A DNA stretch of 64,000 bases from an uncultured Candidatus Saccharibacteria bacterium (GTDB lineage: Bacteria; Patescibacteriota; Minisyncoccia; Phycocordibacterales; UBA5272), in NCBI GenBank assembly GCA_964443675.1, contig CAYUDN010000001.1:10862-74861 (forward strand), given 5' to 3'. This document shows positions 10,674 to 19,353 of the stretch, one piece after another (positions within the stretch are counted from its first letter, which is position 1; every line of letters starts with the position of its first letter). The notes below the pieces were generated by a model that saw only the letters and a program-made list of their open reading frames with translations, ran no database searches and had not been told where the DNA came from. Both the position numbers and the translations under genes were made by a program.

Positions 10674-11459
10674 ATGAAGGTAGTTATTTTGGCGGGTGGT
10701 TTTGGGACAAGGATAAGTGAGGAAACTGTGGTTAAACCAAAACCAATGGTTGAAATTGGTGGTAAACCAATTCTTTGGCATATCATGAAGATCTACTCAC
10801 ATTACGGATTTAATGATTTTGTGATTTGTCTTGGGTATAAGAGTCATTATGTGAAAGAGTGGTTTAGTGATTATTTTCTACACTCAAGTGACTTTACTGT
10901 TGACTTATCTAAGAACACTATTACTCACCATCGTAACGGTGCAGAGAAATGGAAGGTAACCCTTGTTGATACTGGTGATACTACAATGACTGGTGGACGC
11001 ATCAAAAGAATTAAGAAGTACATCGGTAATAAACCTTTTATGGCTACGTATGGTGATGGTGTTGCAGATATTGATGTTAAAAAACTTGTTGACTTTCATA
11101 AGAAACATAAGAAGATTGCAACGGTTACTTCTGTCTATCCGGAAGGAAGGTTCGGTACTATTTTTATTGATGAAAAGTCTTCAGTAACTGCATTTGGTGA
11201 GAAAAAAGATAATAAAAACAGAGTCAATGGTGGTTTTTTTGTATTTCAACCAGAAGTATTTGATTACATCGAAGGAGATGATACTGTTTTTGAAAAATAC
11301 CCACTTGAAACATTGGCGAAAGAAGGGCAGCTAAAAGCGTACCATCATGACGGTTTTTGGAAACCAATGGATACACTTAATGATAAAAATAAATTAGAGG
11401 AAATGTGGCACAATGATGCTCCGTGGGGTGTTTGGCTTCATTCTGCCAAGAAACGATAG
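10674..11459 (+). CDS. rfbF: Glucose-1-phosphate cytidylyltransferase
   Basis: 'MKVVILAGGFGTRISEETVVKPKPMVEIGGKPILWHIMK' is the classic RfbF/DdhA sequence. The length is 261 aa. Confidence 0.85.
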   Translation: MKVVILAGGFGTRISEETVVKPKPMVEIGGKPILWHIMKIYSHYGFNDFVICLGYKSHYVKEWFSDYFLHSSDFTVDLSKNTITHHRNGAEKWKVTLVDTGDTTMTGGRIKRIKKYIGNKPFMATYGDGVADIDVKKLVDFHKKHKKIATVTSVYPEGRFGTIFIDEKSSVTAFGEKKDNKNRVNGGFFVFQPEVFDYIEGDDTVFEKYPLETLAKEGQLKAYHHDGFWKPMDTLNDKNKLEEMWHNDAPWGVWLHSAKKR

Positions 11460-11463
11460 GTAT

Positions 11464-13251
11464 ATGAAAAAAAACAGTCAACTTCCCACTAAACGGTGTG
11501 CAAGTATTGTGGCTAGTTTTTTAGCAGAAAAAAAAGTTACTCATGTGTTTGATTTAACAGGAGGAATGATTGCGTACCTAGAAGATGCTATCAGCCTTAC
11601 TAAAGGAATCGAATGTCTTCCAATGCATCACGAACAAGCATCTGGGTTTGCTGCGGAGGGGTATGCTAGAAAAAATCAAAACTTTGGTGTTGCTATTGCT
11701 ACCAGTGGTCCAGGGGCAACAAATATGATTACTTCAATCGGGAGCTGTTTTTTTGATTCAGTGCCAACACTCTTTATTACTGGACAGGTGAATACAGAAA
11801 GTATTAAAAAGAATAACAAGGTGAGGCAGGAAGGTTTTCAGGAGACGGATATCGTTTCGATGGTCTCAGGTATTACTAAGTATGCAACGCTTGTGCGGCG
11901 TGCAGAAGATATTCTTTATGAGCTTGAAAAAGCTTGTTTTTTGATGAAAGAAGGGAGACCTGGTCCTGTTCTCCTCGACATTCCTATTGATGTGCAAAGA
12001 ACAGAAGTTTGTATTGCTTCTTGTCGTCATTTTATAGGATCAAAAGAATACCATCGTCTTGTTAAGAAGAGTGATGCGTATAAGAACGTTGCTACAAAAA
12101 AAGTAAAAGCTTTTGAGAAGATGCTCAGCTCTTCCCGTGCACCGCTTATTGTTCTTGGTAACGGTGCTCGTATTTCAGACGCAGGTAAAAAGATTCTCTC
12201 GTTTGCTTCTCGTAACCATATCCCTATCGTTTCTTCTCTTATGGGGTTAGATGTTATTGCTCATGATGAGCTTTTTGTTGGATACATTGGATCAAACGGT
12301 AACCGTGAAGCAAATATTACTTTTGCAAACGCTGATCTGATTATTGCTCTTGGGACACGACTTGATGTACGTCAAATCGGTACCCCAAAATACTTTACTA
12401 CACGAGCAAAGCTTGTGCATGTTGACATTGATAAGAGCTCTATTAACTATATGGTGCCCGCCACACTTGCTTTTGAGAACGATATTAGTGCATTTTTATC
12501 TGCAGTTCTTCATTGTAAAAATTCTAAAAAAGAAACCTGGTTTAGTTTTATTACTTCAGTGAAGCAGTCATTTAAGCGAGAGTTTGTATATGATGGACCC
12601 TTTGTTGATCCGAATACCTTTTTTGACGAACTCTCTTCTTGTTCCAAAGAGAAAACAACCGTTGTTGTTGATGTTGGGCAGAATCAGATGTGGTGCGCTC
12701 AGTCATGGAAGGTAAAAGAAGGCCAAAGACTTCTTTTTTCCGGTGGAATGGGCGCGATGGGTTTTTCTCTTCCTGCCTCTGTTGGCGCATGGTGTGCAGA
12801 CACAAAGGCGCCTCTTGTGGTGATTACAGGGGATGGAGGACTTCAGATTAATATTCAAGAACTGGAAACAGTATCCAGAAATCAGATTCCACTTAAACTA
12901 TTTGTTATCAACAACAAGTCGCTTGGAATGGTACGCGAGTTTCAAGACCTGTATTTTAATAAAAACTACCAGTCCACTGTTCGTGGGTATGGTTGTCCTG
13001 ATCTTAAAAAAGTTGCAGAAGCATATAATTTTCATTATGAAAAAGTTTCTTCTGTTGCAAAAAATGATTTACATTTGAAAAAGATTATGGAAATGACGGT
13101 GCCGGTGCTTATCGAGGTTGATGTTGATATGCATGCACCGCTTCAGCCAAAGATTGTGTATGGTCATGCGCTTGATGATCAGGCTCCATATCTTGATACT
13201 ACACAAAAAGAATTTCTGGAAAATCTTAAGAAGCAACTTCATGAGTCGTAA
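11464..13251 (+). CDS. Thiamine-pyrophosphate-dependent enzyme (acetolactate-synthase-like), YerE-like
   Basis: Three-domain TPP enzyme architecture with a 'GDGGLQINIQELETV' TPP-binding motif. It sits directly after rfbF. The ATG at 11464 follows rfbF's stop; the ORF-track start at 11413 overlaps rfbF. Confidence 0.7.
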   Translation: MKKNSQLPTKRCASIVASFLAEKKVTHVFDLTGGMIAYLEDAISLTKGIECLPMHHEQASGFAAEGYARKNQNFGVAIATSGPGATNMITSIGSCFFDSVPTLFITGQVNTESIKKNNKVRQEGFQETDIVSMVSGITKYATLVRRAEDILYELEKACFLMKEGRPGPVLLDIPIDVQRTEVCIASCRHFIGSKEYHRLVKKSDAYKNVATKKVKAFEKMLSSSRAPLIVLGNGARISDAGKKILSFASRNHIPIVSSLMGLDVIAHDELFVGYIGSNGNREANITFANADLIIALGTRLDVRQIGTPKYFTTRAKLVHVDIDKSSINYMVPATLAFENDISAFLSAVLHCKNSKKETWFSFITSVKQSFKREFVYDGPFVDPNTFFDELSSCSKEKTTVVVDVGQNQMWCAQSWKVKEGQRLLFSGGMGAMGFSLPASVGAWCADTKAPLVVITGDGGLQINIQELETVSRNQIPLKLFVINNKSLGMVREFQDLYFNKNYQSTVRGYGCPDLKKVAEAYNFHYEKVSSVAKNDLHLKKIMEMTVPVLIEVDVDMHAPLQPKIVYGHALDDQAPYLDTTQKEFLENLKKQLHES

Positions 13252-13254
13252 GGT

Positions 13255-14190
13255 ATGAAAAAAGTCGCACTGCTCGGTGTTACAGGGTATATCGGAAAAT
13301 CCCTACTGAATGAATTCTGTGCACATCCGAAAAAGTATTCACTTTTTCTTTTTTCACGTTCAGTAGACGGTATAGCTAAGCACTTGCAAGGTGTTGATCT
13401 TTCGAAAATTCAGTACGCTATGTGTTCGCTTGATGACTTTGATATATATGAATATGACGTAGTTATCAACTGTACTGGTATAGGTGACCCTGGTCAGTTA
13501 CAAAAGAATCCAAGTGCAATTTTCTCTGTAACTGAGAGTGTGGACGAGATGGTGATTAGTTACCTTATGAAGCATAAAAAGTGTCTCTACCTTGCCATGA
13601 GTAGTGGTGCTGTGTATGGTAACGCTTTTACAAAACCAGTTACCAGTGCAACAAAAGTTGTACTTCCTTCTGTTGCGACTACACCGCATGACTTTTATAC
13701 AATTTCTAAAATACACACAGAAGCAAAACATCGTGCATTGAAGGATCTTAATATTGTCGATTTACGAGTTTTTGCGTTTTTTAGCAGATTCGTTGATGGT
13801 AAGGCTGGTTTTTTCATGTCACAAGTTGTTGATTGTTTGCAAAAGAAGAAAGTTTTTAAAACAAGCACTCATGATATGGTTCGAGACTATTGTGTACCGT
13901 CTGATTTGTTTGCACTAGTACAAATGGTTATGAAGAAAAAGAAAGTTAACAATTCTTTTGATGTGTATAGTAAACGGTCAATAACAAAGAAGAAGTTATT
14001 AGCATTCTTAAAAAAGCATTACGGCCTACGTTATGAATATACAAGCGAGCAGGTAATTGGAAAACGTGCCACTGAAAAGAATGCGTATTGTTCTCTTGAT
14101 AAAAAAGCGGAAGAAATCGGGTATACACCAAAATTCACCTCGCTAGAGGGAATTTCGAGTGAGCTCAGCCTATTTTTTAAGCCTAAGTAG
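13255..14190 (+). CDS. NAD(P)-dependent epimerase/reductase (SDR), paralog of the 1315-2295 gene
   Basis: 'MKKVALLGVTGYIGKSLL'. It is collinear with the minus-strand paralog at 1315-2295 and is a YerF-like reductase candidate. Confidence 0.65.
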   Translation: MKKVALLGVTGYIGKSLLNEFCAHPKKYSLFLFSRSVDGIAKHLQGVDLSKIQYAMCSLDDFDIYEYDVVINCTGIGDPGQLQKNPSAIFSVTESVDEMVISYLMKHKKCLYLAMSSGAVYGNAFTKPVTSATKVVLPSVATTPHDFYTISKIHTEAKHRALKDLNIVDLRVFAFFSRFVDGKAGFFMSQVVDCLQKKKVFKTSTHDMVRDYCVPSDLFALVQMVMKKKKVNNSFDVYSKRSITKKKLLAFLKKHYGLRYEYTSEQVIGKRATEKNAYCSLDKKAEEIGYTPKFTSLEGISSELSLFFKPK

Positions 14191-15043
14191 TCTCTTTTTT
14201 GAAGTATCTAGCAGAGTCTGCTTTCATTGCATTAACAATTTCTTTAATGCCGTCTTCTAGCGTTGTGGTTGCTTTCCAGTAGGTATGAATAAATGGGTCT
14301 GGTTCATTTCTTTTATCTTTTTGAACATCATCTTTTGAACTTGCTGGCACAACTGTTGAGCCAGGGAAGTGTGAAGCAATAATCGAAGCAACGTTAAGAA
14401 TGTTAGTCCACTCAAAGTTAGTAATATGCAGCTCTTTGTCACGTGGAATTTCGTTATATTTTTCTGCAAGTGTTAGCAGTGCTTCACAGCAATCATCTGC
14501 ATACAAGAACTGACGCTCTTCTTCACCATTTGTAAGGAGATCAATGGTGCCTGTATCATGAGCCTTAATGATAAGGTCGGTGATTACGTGAGATTTATCG
14601 AGGTCGTGCTCTATACCGTATACGTTCCAAAATTTAACAACAAGCCCGCCAAGAATAGAGGTGTACGATTCGCCAACAGATTTTAGTCGACCGTAGCTAG
14701 AGTATGTCATGTTCGCCATTTGGCTCGATGCAAAAAGAAATGGTTTTTTGGTGGTGTGAAGTACATCAAACGTGTGTGTCATAAGCTTCATATTGTTGCT
14801 TATGAAATCAGGGGTTTGCTGATAAAGTTTTAGGTAACGAGAACCTCCGACATCAAATGCAAGGAAAAATACGAAATCAGCTTCTTTGATATAACGTTCA
14901 AGAAGAGGATTTTTGTAGATTCGAAGATCTTGTTCATCGCTGTTAACGATATCAAATTCCAAAACAGTATGACCTGCTTTTTTTAAAAAACTGGTCAACG
15001 CGGCACCAATTTGCCCTTCAGAACCCAAAACAAGGTATTTCAT
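14183..15043 (-). CDS. NAD-dependent epimerase/dehydratase family protein
   Basis: 'MKYLVLGSEGQIGAALTSFLKKAGHTV' Rossmann motif. The 286-aa ORF is convergent with, and overlaps by 8 nt, the stop of the previous gene. Confidence 0.6.
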   Translation of the reverse strand: MKYLVLGSEGQIGAALTSFLKKAGHTVLEFDIVNSDEQDLRIYKNPLLERYIKEADFVFFLAFDVGGSRYLKLYQQTPDFISNNMKLMTHTFDVLHTTKKPFLFASSQMANMTYSSYGRLKSVGESYTSILGGLVVKFWNVYGIEHDLDKSHVITDLIIKAHDTGTIDLLTNGEEERQFLYADDCCEALLTLAEKYNEIPRDKELHITNFEWTNILNVASIIASHFPGSTVVPASSKDDVQKDKRNEPDPFIHTYWKATTTLEDGIKEIVNAMKADSARYFKKETT

Positions 15044-15246
15044 GTAAAAGTAAAGTTAATGAATATATAAGTAAATGTACAGTACTTTTAATTCTTTGTA
15101 AATGTATTTCACTTAGTAAGATTATAGACACAATGGTTTATATATAAGTCAATATTTTCAAGTCTTTTTTATAATGATAGAGTAAGTTTAGGTTCCTTAT
15201 AGAGACTATATGTCTTATAAGGTTGTTTGTTTTTTTGGGGCAAAAT

Positions 15247-16251
15247 ATGAAGACTGCGCTTGTGCTTGGTGCTGGTGGCTTCATCGGTCATCACATGGTT
15301 AATCAACTGAAGTCGGAAGGGTTCTGGGTCCGCGGTGTTGACATCAAGGATCCAGAATTCGAGCCGACGAAGGCTGATGATTTTCAGATCTTCGACCTTC
15401 GTAACTACTATGGTCTGAATCAGATCATGACGACTCCGCAAGGGGATGTGTTTGATCAGATCTACCAATTTGCTGCCGACATGGGCGGTGCTGGGTATGT
15501 GTTTTCAGGTCATCATGATTACGACATCATGCATAACTCTGGGCAAATCAACCTGAATGTGTCCCGTGTTCAGCTTGCGCTTAATCAGGTTCACAAGACA
15601 AACAAGACTGTTATCTTTTACAGTAGCAGTGCTTGCATGTATCCTGAGTACAACCAACTGGATCCGGATAATCCGAATTGCAGCGAAGACTCAGCATACC
15701 CTGCTAACCCTGATAGCGAGTACGGTTGGGAGAAGCTCTTCAGTGAGCGGATGTATCTCTCTCTTCTGCGTTGCTATGGGGTTCAGGTCCGTATTGCTCG
15801 TTTCCACAACATCTTCGGACCTCTTGGTACCTGGGAAGGTGGCAAGGAAAAGGCTCCAGCTGCCTTCTGTCGCAAGCTTGCGATGGCAAATAACGGTGAC
15901 ACGATTGAAGTGTGGGGAGATGGAATGCAAACGCGTTCTTTCCTCTACATTGATGAGTGCATCAAGGCGGTAAGGCTTTTGGTTGAATCTGACTTCGTTG
16001 GTCCGGTGAATATCGGTTCTGACGAAATGGTTTCGATCAACCAGCTTATCGATATGGTTTCCAAGATCTCCGGTAAGGATGTTGGAAGGAATCACATCCC
16101 TGGTCCTCTTGGTGTTCGTGGTCGCAATTCTGATAACAGGCTGTATCAAGAAAAGATCGGATGGTCTGTCTCTCAACCGCTTGAAGTTGGCCTTCGAGAG
16201 ACCTATAAGTGGATTGCCGAGCAGGTTGCCATGAAGCACTCGACAAAGTGA
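15247..16251 (+). CDS. GDP-mannose 3,5-epimerase-like NAD-dependent epimerase
   Basis: Long blocks almost identical to plant and bacterial GME: 'SSSACMYPE', 'RIARFHNI(F/Y)GP(L/F)GTW.GG.EKAPAAFCRK', 'WGDG.QTRSF..IDEC', 'NIGSDEMVS', 'HIPGP.GVRGRNSDN'. The start is moved to ATG 15247 (MKTALVLGAGGFIGHH). Visibly G+C-rich relative to its neighbours. Confidence 0.75.
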   Translation: MKTALVLGAGGFIGHHMVNQLKSEGFWVRGVDIKDPEFEPTKADDFQIFDLRNYYGLNQIMTTPQGDVFDQIYQFAADMGGAGYVFSGHHDYDIMHNSGQINLNVSRVQLALNQVHKTNKTVIFYSSSACMYPEYNQLDPDNPNCSEDSAYPANPDSEYGWEKLFSERMYLSLLRCYGVQVRIARFHNIFGPLGTWEGGKEKAPAAFCRKLAMANNGDTIEVWGDGMQTRSFLYIDECIKAVRLLVESDFVGPVNIGSDEMVSINQLIDMVSKISGKDVGRNHIPGPLGVRGRNSDNRLYQEKIGWSVSQPLEVGLRETYKWIAEQVAMKHSTK

Positions 16252-16278
16252 TTATGACTCAGTGATGGGTTGTAACAA

Positions 16279-16308
16279 AACCGTAGCACAGCTACGGTTT
16301 TTCTTTTG
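16279..16308 (+). terminator. Rho-independent terminator after the GME-like gene
   Basis: Hairpin ccgtagc-aca-gctacgg followed by a TTTTTCTTTT run. Confidence 0.6.
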
Positions 16309-16311
16309 TTA

Positions 16312-16347
16312 TCAATAATAAATAAAACCCCCGGTATACGCCAGGGG
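16312..16347 (-). terminator. Putative terminator of the NUDIX gene (minus strand)
   Basis: Hairpin cccccgg/ccagggg (6 of 7 bp) followed on the minus strand by TTTTATTTATT. Confidence 0.45.
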
Positions 16348-16361
16348 TTGTTGAACTTCAT

Positions 16362-17096
16362 CTATTCAAACGTGAGTCTTCCAAGTTTTCGGAATGCTAC
16401 GTATGTCGATGCGCGTGCGCAATCCTCGAGACCGAAGTCTGGATTGTCATCAAAGAGCGAATTATCTTCAAGAAGCTTGAGCCATTCATTGCATGGAAAG
16501 AGTACTACAGCAAGATGTTCGGTGCTGTCGAATTTTGCAACACCTCGCTTTGTATACGGTTTTACTTTTCCAAGAAATGCAAAGCAACGCGCTTCACTGT
16601 TGCGCACAGAATGAAACGTGCCATTTTTTGAAGAAAGAGGGGTAACACTTTCGAGTTCAAGCCCTGTTTCTTCATGCCATTCACGTATCGCTGTTGCTTC
16701 CATTTTTTCTGCAAGTGTTGGTAAGTGTGACTCTTCACGACCTGCAACACCACAGACTGGAACAATGGCAATATGATTGTTGCCGTGCTTCCATTCTGCT
16801 GTTACAGCAACATATTTGTCATCGATAAGTGCAATAACAAGAGCGTATGGCTTGAATTCAACACGGAACGCATCGAATACAGAATCATCGAATGGGTTCC
16901 TGTGCTCAATTGCAAACGACTTCGGTGCAAATTTTCGATATGCCGCAAGTTGCCCCTCTTTGGCATTTTTGAGAAAATCTTCAATCGGCACTTGTTCGCT
17001 AATCTTTGGCCATAATTGTATCCCTGTATCACGAATCACTTGGAAACAGTTTTTGGCGGTCACAATCGGCCACCCAAGAACTGGGTGTTTGTTCAT
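16362..17096 (-). CDS. NUDIX hydrolase (possible nucleotide-sugar hydrolase)
   Basis: Nudix box 'REWHEETGLE' within GX5EX7REUXEEXGU. An AAGGA SD sits 7 nt upstream of the ATG at 17096. It is adjacent to the GME-like gene, so GDP-mannose hydrolase is a candidate role. Confidence 0.7.
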   Translation of the reverse strand: MNKHPVLGWPIVTAKNCFQVIRDTGIQLWPKISEQVPIEDFLKNAKEGQLAAYRKFAPKSFAIEHRNPFDDSVFDAFRVEFKPYALVIALIDDKYVAVTAEWKHGNNHIAIVPVCGVAGREESHLPTLAEKMEATAIREWHEETGLELESVTPLSSKNGTFHSVRNSEARCFAFLGKVKPYTKRGVAKFDSTEHLAVVLFPCNEWLKLLEDNSLFDDNPDFGLEDCARASTYVAFRKLGRLTFE

Positions 17097-17235
17097 GTAT
17101 ATTCCTTTACTGGTTTTGTTACAAGTTTAAAGATCTTTTGTAATTATGCCACCATGCTACAGAAATGTCAACACTCTTTTCAGTAGTTCTGCACCATGTT
17201 CGCAAAACGTACTATGCTGTACTATAATTATATAT

Positions 17236-17736
17236 ATGATTATTCAATATAACGATTTACAAAGTATCCGAAAGCAGTTTGAGGATAAAAAAATAGTTTT
17301 CTGTTCAGGAAGTTTTGACCTGCTTCACGCAGGACATGTTCTTTTTTTTGAGGATTGTAAAAAGTATGGTGATGTTCTTGTTGTTGCTATAGGTGATGAT
17401 ACAATCTTGCGAATTAAGGGGCCTGATAGACCAATTCAAAATCAACATATTAGAATAAAAATGGTTGATTCAATAAAAGCAGTTGATTATTGTTTTATCC
17501 ATAAAAATGTCGAAGGTCCATTTCTTAACACCTTTATGGATGAAGTGCTTAGCTTACTTAAGCCTGATGTGTGGGTAGTTAATGGAGATGCCTCTGAGAT
17601 TCCGTATCGAGAGGAGTTGGCAAAAAAACACGCAACCACATTTCATATTCTTGATAGAGAATGTCCACCTGAGTTTGAAGGTATTTCCACTTCAAGTATT
17701 ATTAAAAAGATCCGAAGTGGTATCACAGTTATGTAA
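17236..17736 (+). CDS. Cytidylyltransferase-like nucleotidyltransferase (TagD / RfaE domain II family)
   Basis: 'FCSGSFDLLHAGHVLFFEDCKKYGDVLVVAIGDD' gives the HxGH nucleotidyltransferase motif with TagD-like spacing. The start is placed at an internal ATG (MIIQYN...); the track's longer N-terminus lies in an AT-rich promoter-like region. Confidence 0.6.
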   Translation: MIIQYNDLQSIRKQFEDKKIVFCSGSFDLLHAGHVLFFEDCKKYGDVLVVAIGDDTILRIKGPDRPIQNQHIRIKMVDSIKAVDYCFIHKNVEGPFLNTFMDEVLSLLKPDVWVVNGDASEIPYREELAKKHATTFHILDRECPPEFEGISTSSIIKKIRSGITVM

Positions 17737-17751
17737 TCAAATAAAAATATA

Positions 17752-18540
17752 TTACTTCATGTATCTTTTAAAAGACATTAATTTAATAAGGCGTAACAGT
17801 AGATATAAAGAAAATGTTGCTTTATAGGTTAAAGATTTTGATACCCCTTCATAAAAAAGTTTTGTAAGAGTTTCTATTTGCTCACTTAAGGTTCGTGTAC
17901 GAAAATTAAGACCGTGTGCTGCATCGTACCCATCTGAGATTGTACTATTGTGATCATAATAGTACATACCAGAAAGTAGCCCAAGCTGGTAGAAAAAGAA
18001 CCATTCCTCTCCTTGTTTTACTAACTGAGAAAAAAGGATTTTTTTGGTAGTAATAAGTTTAGATTCGATACAGTGTGTGGCGTCACCTTTACATCGTTTA
18101 AGAAGTAAGTACGACCAAGCATAAGAATATACGTGTTCGTCATGTGGAAATGTGGTCAATGAAGTTCCGTTTGAAAGTGCTCGATTGGTGACGAACCATT
18201 TTTGTTCAGAGTGTTGATGAATAAGTTTTGCAAATGTGGCAAGACAGTCTGGTGCAAGATAATCATCATCATCTAAAAAAATAACCCATCGTGAGTCTGC
18301 TGAAAGAAGACTAAGTGCACGGTTGCGTGAATAGTTAACACCACGATTATCAGTGTTTACATAATAGCGAATTCTTTGATCTTGTATTGTTGCAGCAAAA
18401 AGTTGGTAGGCAGTATCAGTTGGAGAGTCGTTGATAATAATCATCTCCCAGTCTTTGTAGGTTTGTGCAAGTACAGAAGCAACAGCTCGTTCGAGTTTCT
18501 CTTTTCTTCTAAAGGTTGGGGTGATGATGCTAAATTTCAT
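17752..18540 (-). CDS. Glycosyltransferase family 2
   Basis: 'MKFSIITPTFRRKEKLERAVASVLAQTYKDWEMIIINDSPTD' is the GT2 signature. The start is moved to ATG 18540 to avoid overlap with the upstream gene. Confidence 0.7.
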   Translation of the reverse strand: MKFSIITPTFRRKEKLERAVASVLAQTYKDWEMIIINDSPTDTAYQLFAATIQDQRIRYYVNTDNRGVNYSRNRALSLLSADSRWVIFLDDDDYLAPDCLATFAKLIHQHSEQKWFVTNRALSNGTSLTTFPHDEHVYSYAWSYLLLKRCKGDATHCIESKLITTKKILFSQLVKQGEEWFFFYQLGLLSGMYYYDHNSTISDGYDAAHGLNFRTRTLSEQIETLTKLFYEGVSKSLTYKATFSLYLLLRLIKLMSFKRYMK

Positions 18541-18547
18541 AGTATGA

Positions 18548-19240
18548 CTATACAAAACCAAGAATTTTTTTGAGCACTTTTTTAATGCCAAGGGTTTCTG
18601 CAATGTTTGTACCTATGCGATGGATTCCAAGTTTTTTGAATAGTCTGTTAAGTGGATGCCCCCATGAGTAGTTCCATAGATGAACTCCATACACGTCATG
18701 AGGGAGTGTTTGCCCTTTATAGTTTTTGATGGAATGAGCATCGAATGGGTAAAAAGCATGAGGTGGTGTTACCAAGGTGTCTTCAGGTTGTAACTCTTTA
18801 TAAAGTCTTGTCATGATGACTGGGTTAGGGGAAAGAGTGGTCATCGTGTCATATTCTTTTCGCATAGCTTCAATGAATGGGTGGTTTTTTGTTGCGCCGA
18901 TCATTCCACAACTGACGTAGGTATCAGATTCTTTTCCAAGAAGAAGAGAATGGTCGATAAGTGGGGTGAGCGACTGAAGAAGGAGCATGTCTGTATCAAG
19001 ATATATGCCTCCTTCTTGAAGAAGTGCAACAAGGCGTACGTAATCGGCCACAAAGGCATATTTCTTTTCTCCATACATTTTTTTTGTGAAGGGGTGGCTT
19101 GTTACATCAAAAGTTTCTTCATTCCACTCTTGCAAAGAGTAGTCTGGGCATGTTTTTTGCCAACTTTCAATGCAGCGAGTAATTAGTTCGCTCTTAGGTT
19201 TTTTGCCGAACCAGCAATAGTGGATTTTTTTAGGAATCAT
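18548..19240 (-). CDS. Glycosyltransferase (GT32/capsule-type DXD family, tentative)
   Basis: 'MIPKKIHYCWFGKKPKSELITRCIESWQK' resembles the Gly_transf_sug N-terminal motif of mannosyl/capsular transferases. The start codon is ambiguous between 19273 and 19240. Confidence 0.5.
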   Translation of the reverse strand: MIPKKIHYCWFGKKPKSELITRCIESWQKTCPDYSLQEWNEETFDVTSHPFTKKMYGEKKYAFVADYVRLVALLQEGGIYLDTDMLLLQSLTPLIDHSLLLGKESDTYVSCGMIGATKNHPFIEAMRKEYDTMTTLSPNPVIMTRLYKELQPEDTLVTPPHAFYPFDAHSIKNYKGQTLPHDVYGVHLWNYSWGHPLNRLFKKLGIHRIGTNIAETLGIKKVLKKILGFV

Positions 19241-19353
19241 AATGAGTTTGTGAGGATGTATATAGTATAACATTCCTGGGGTCTGTCACTCTAGGATACG
19301 ATACCCACTCTATGGTACACTTTGCCTATTATTCTTGGTAAAAGAAGTATTGT

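Noticed and set aside
15223-15246. N-terminal extension MFVFLGQN of the GME-like ORF
   Set aside because: A GTG or other alternative start in the ORF track. The conserved Rossmann N-terminus begins at MKTALVLGAGG (ATG 15247).
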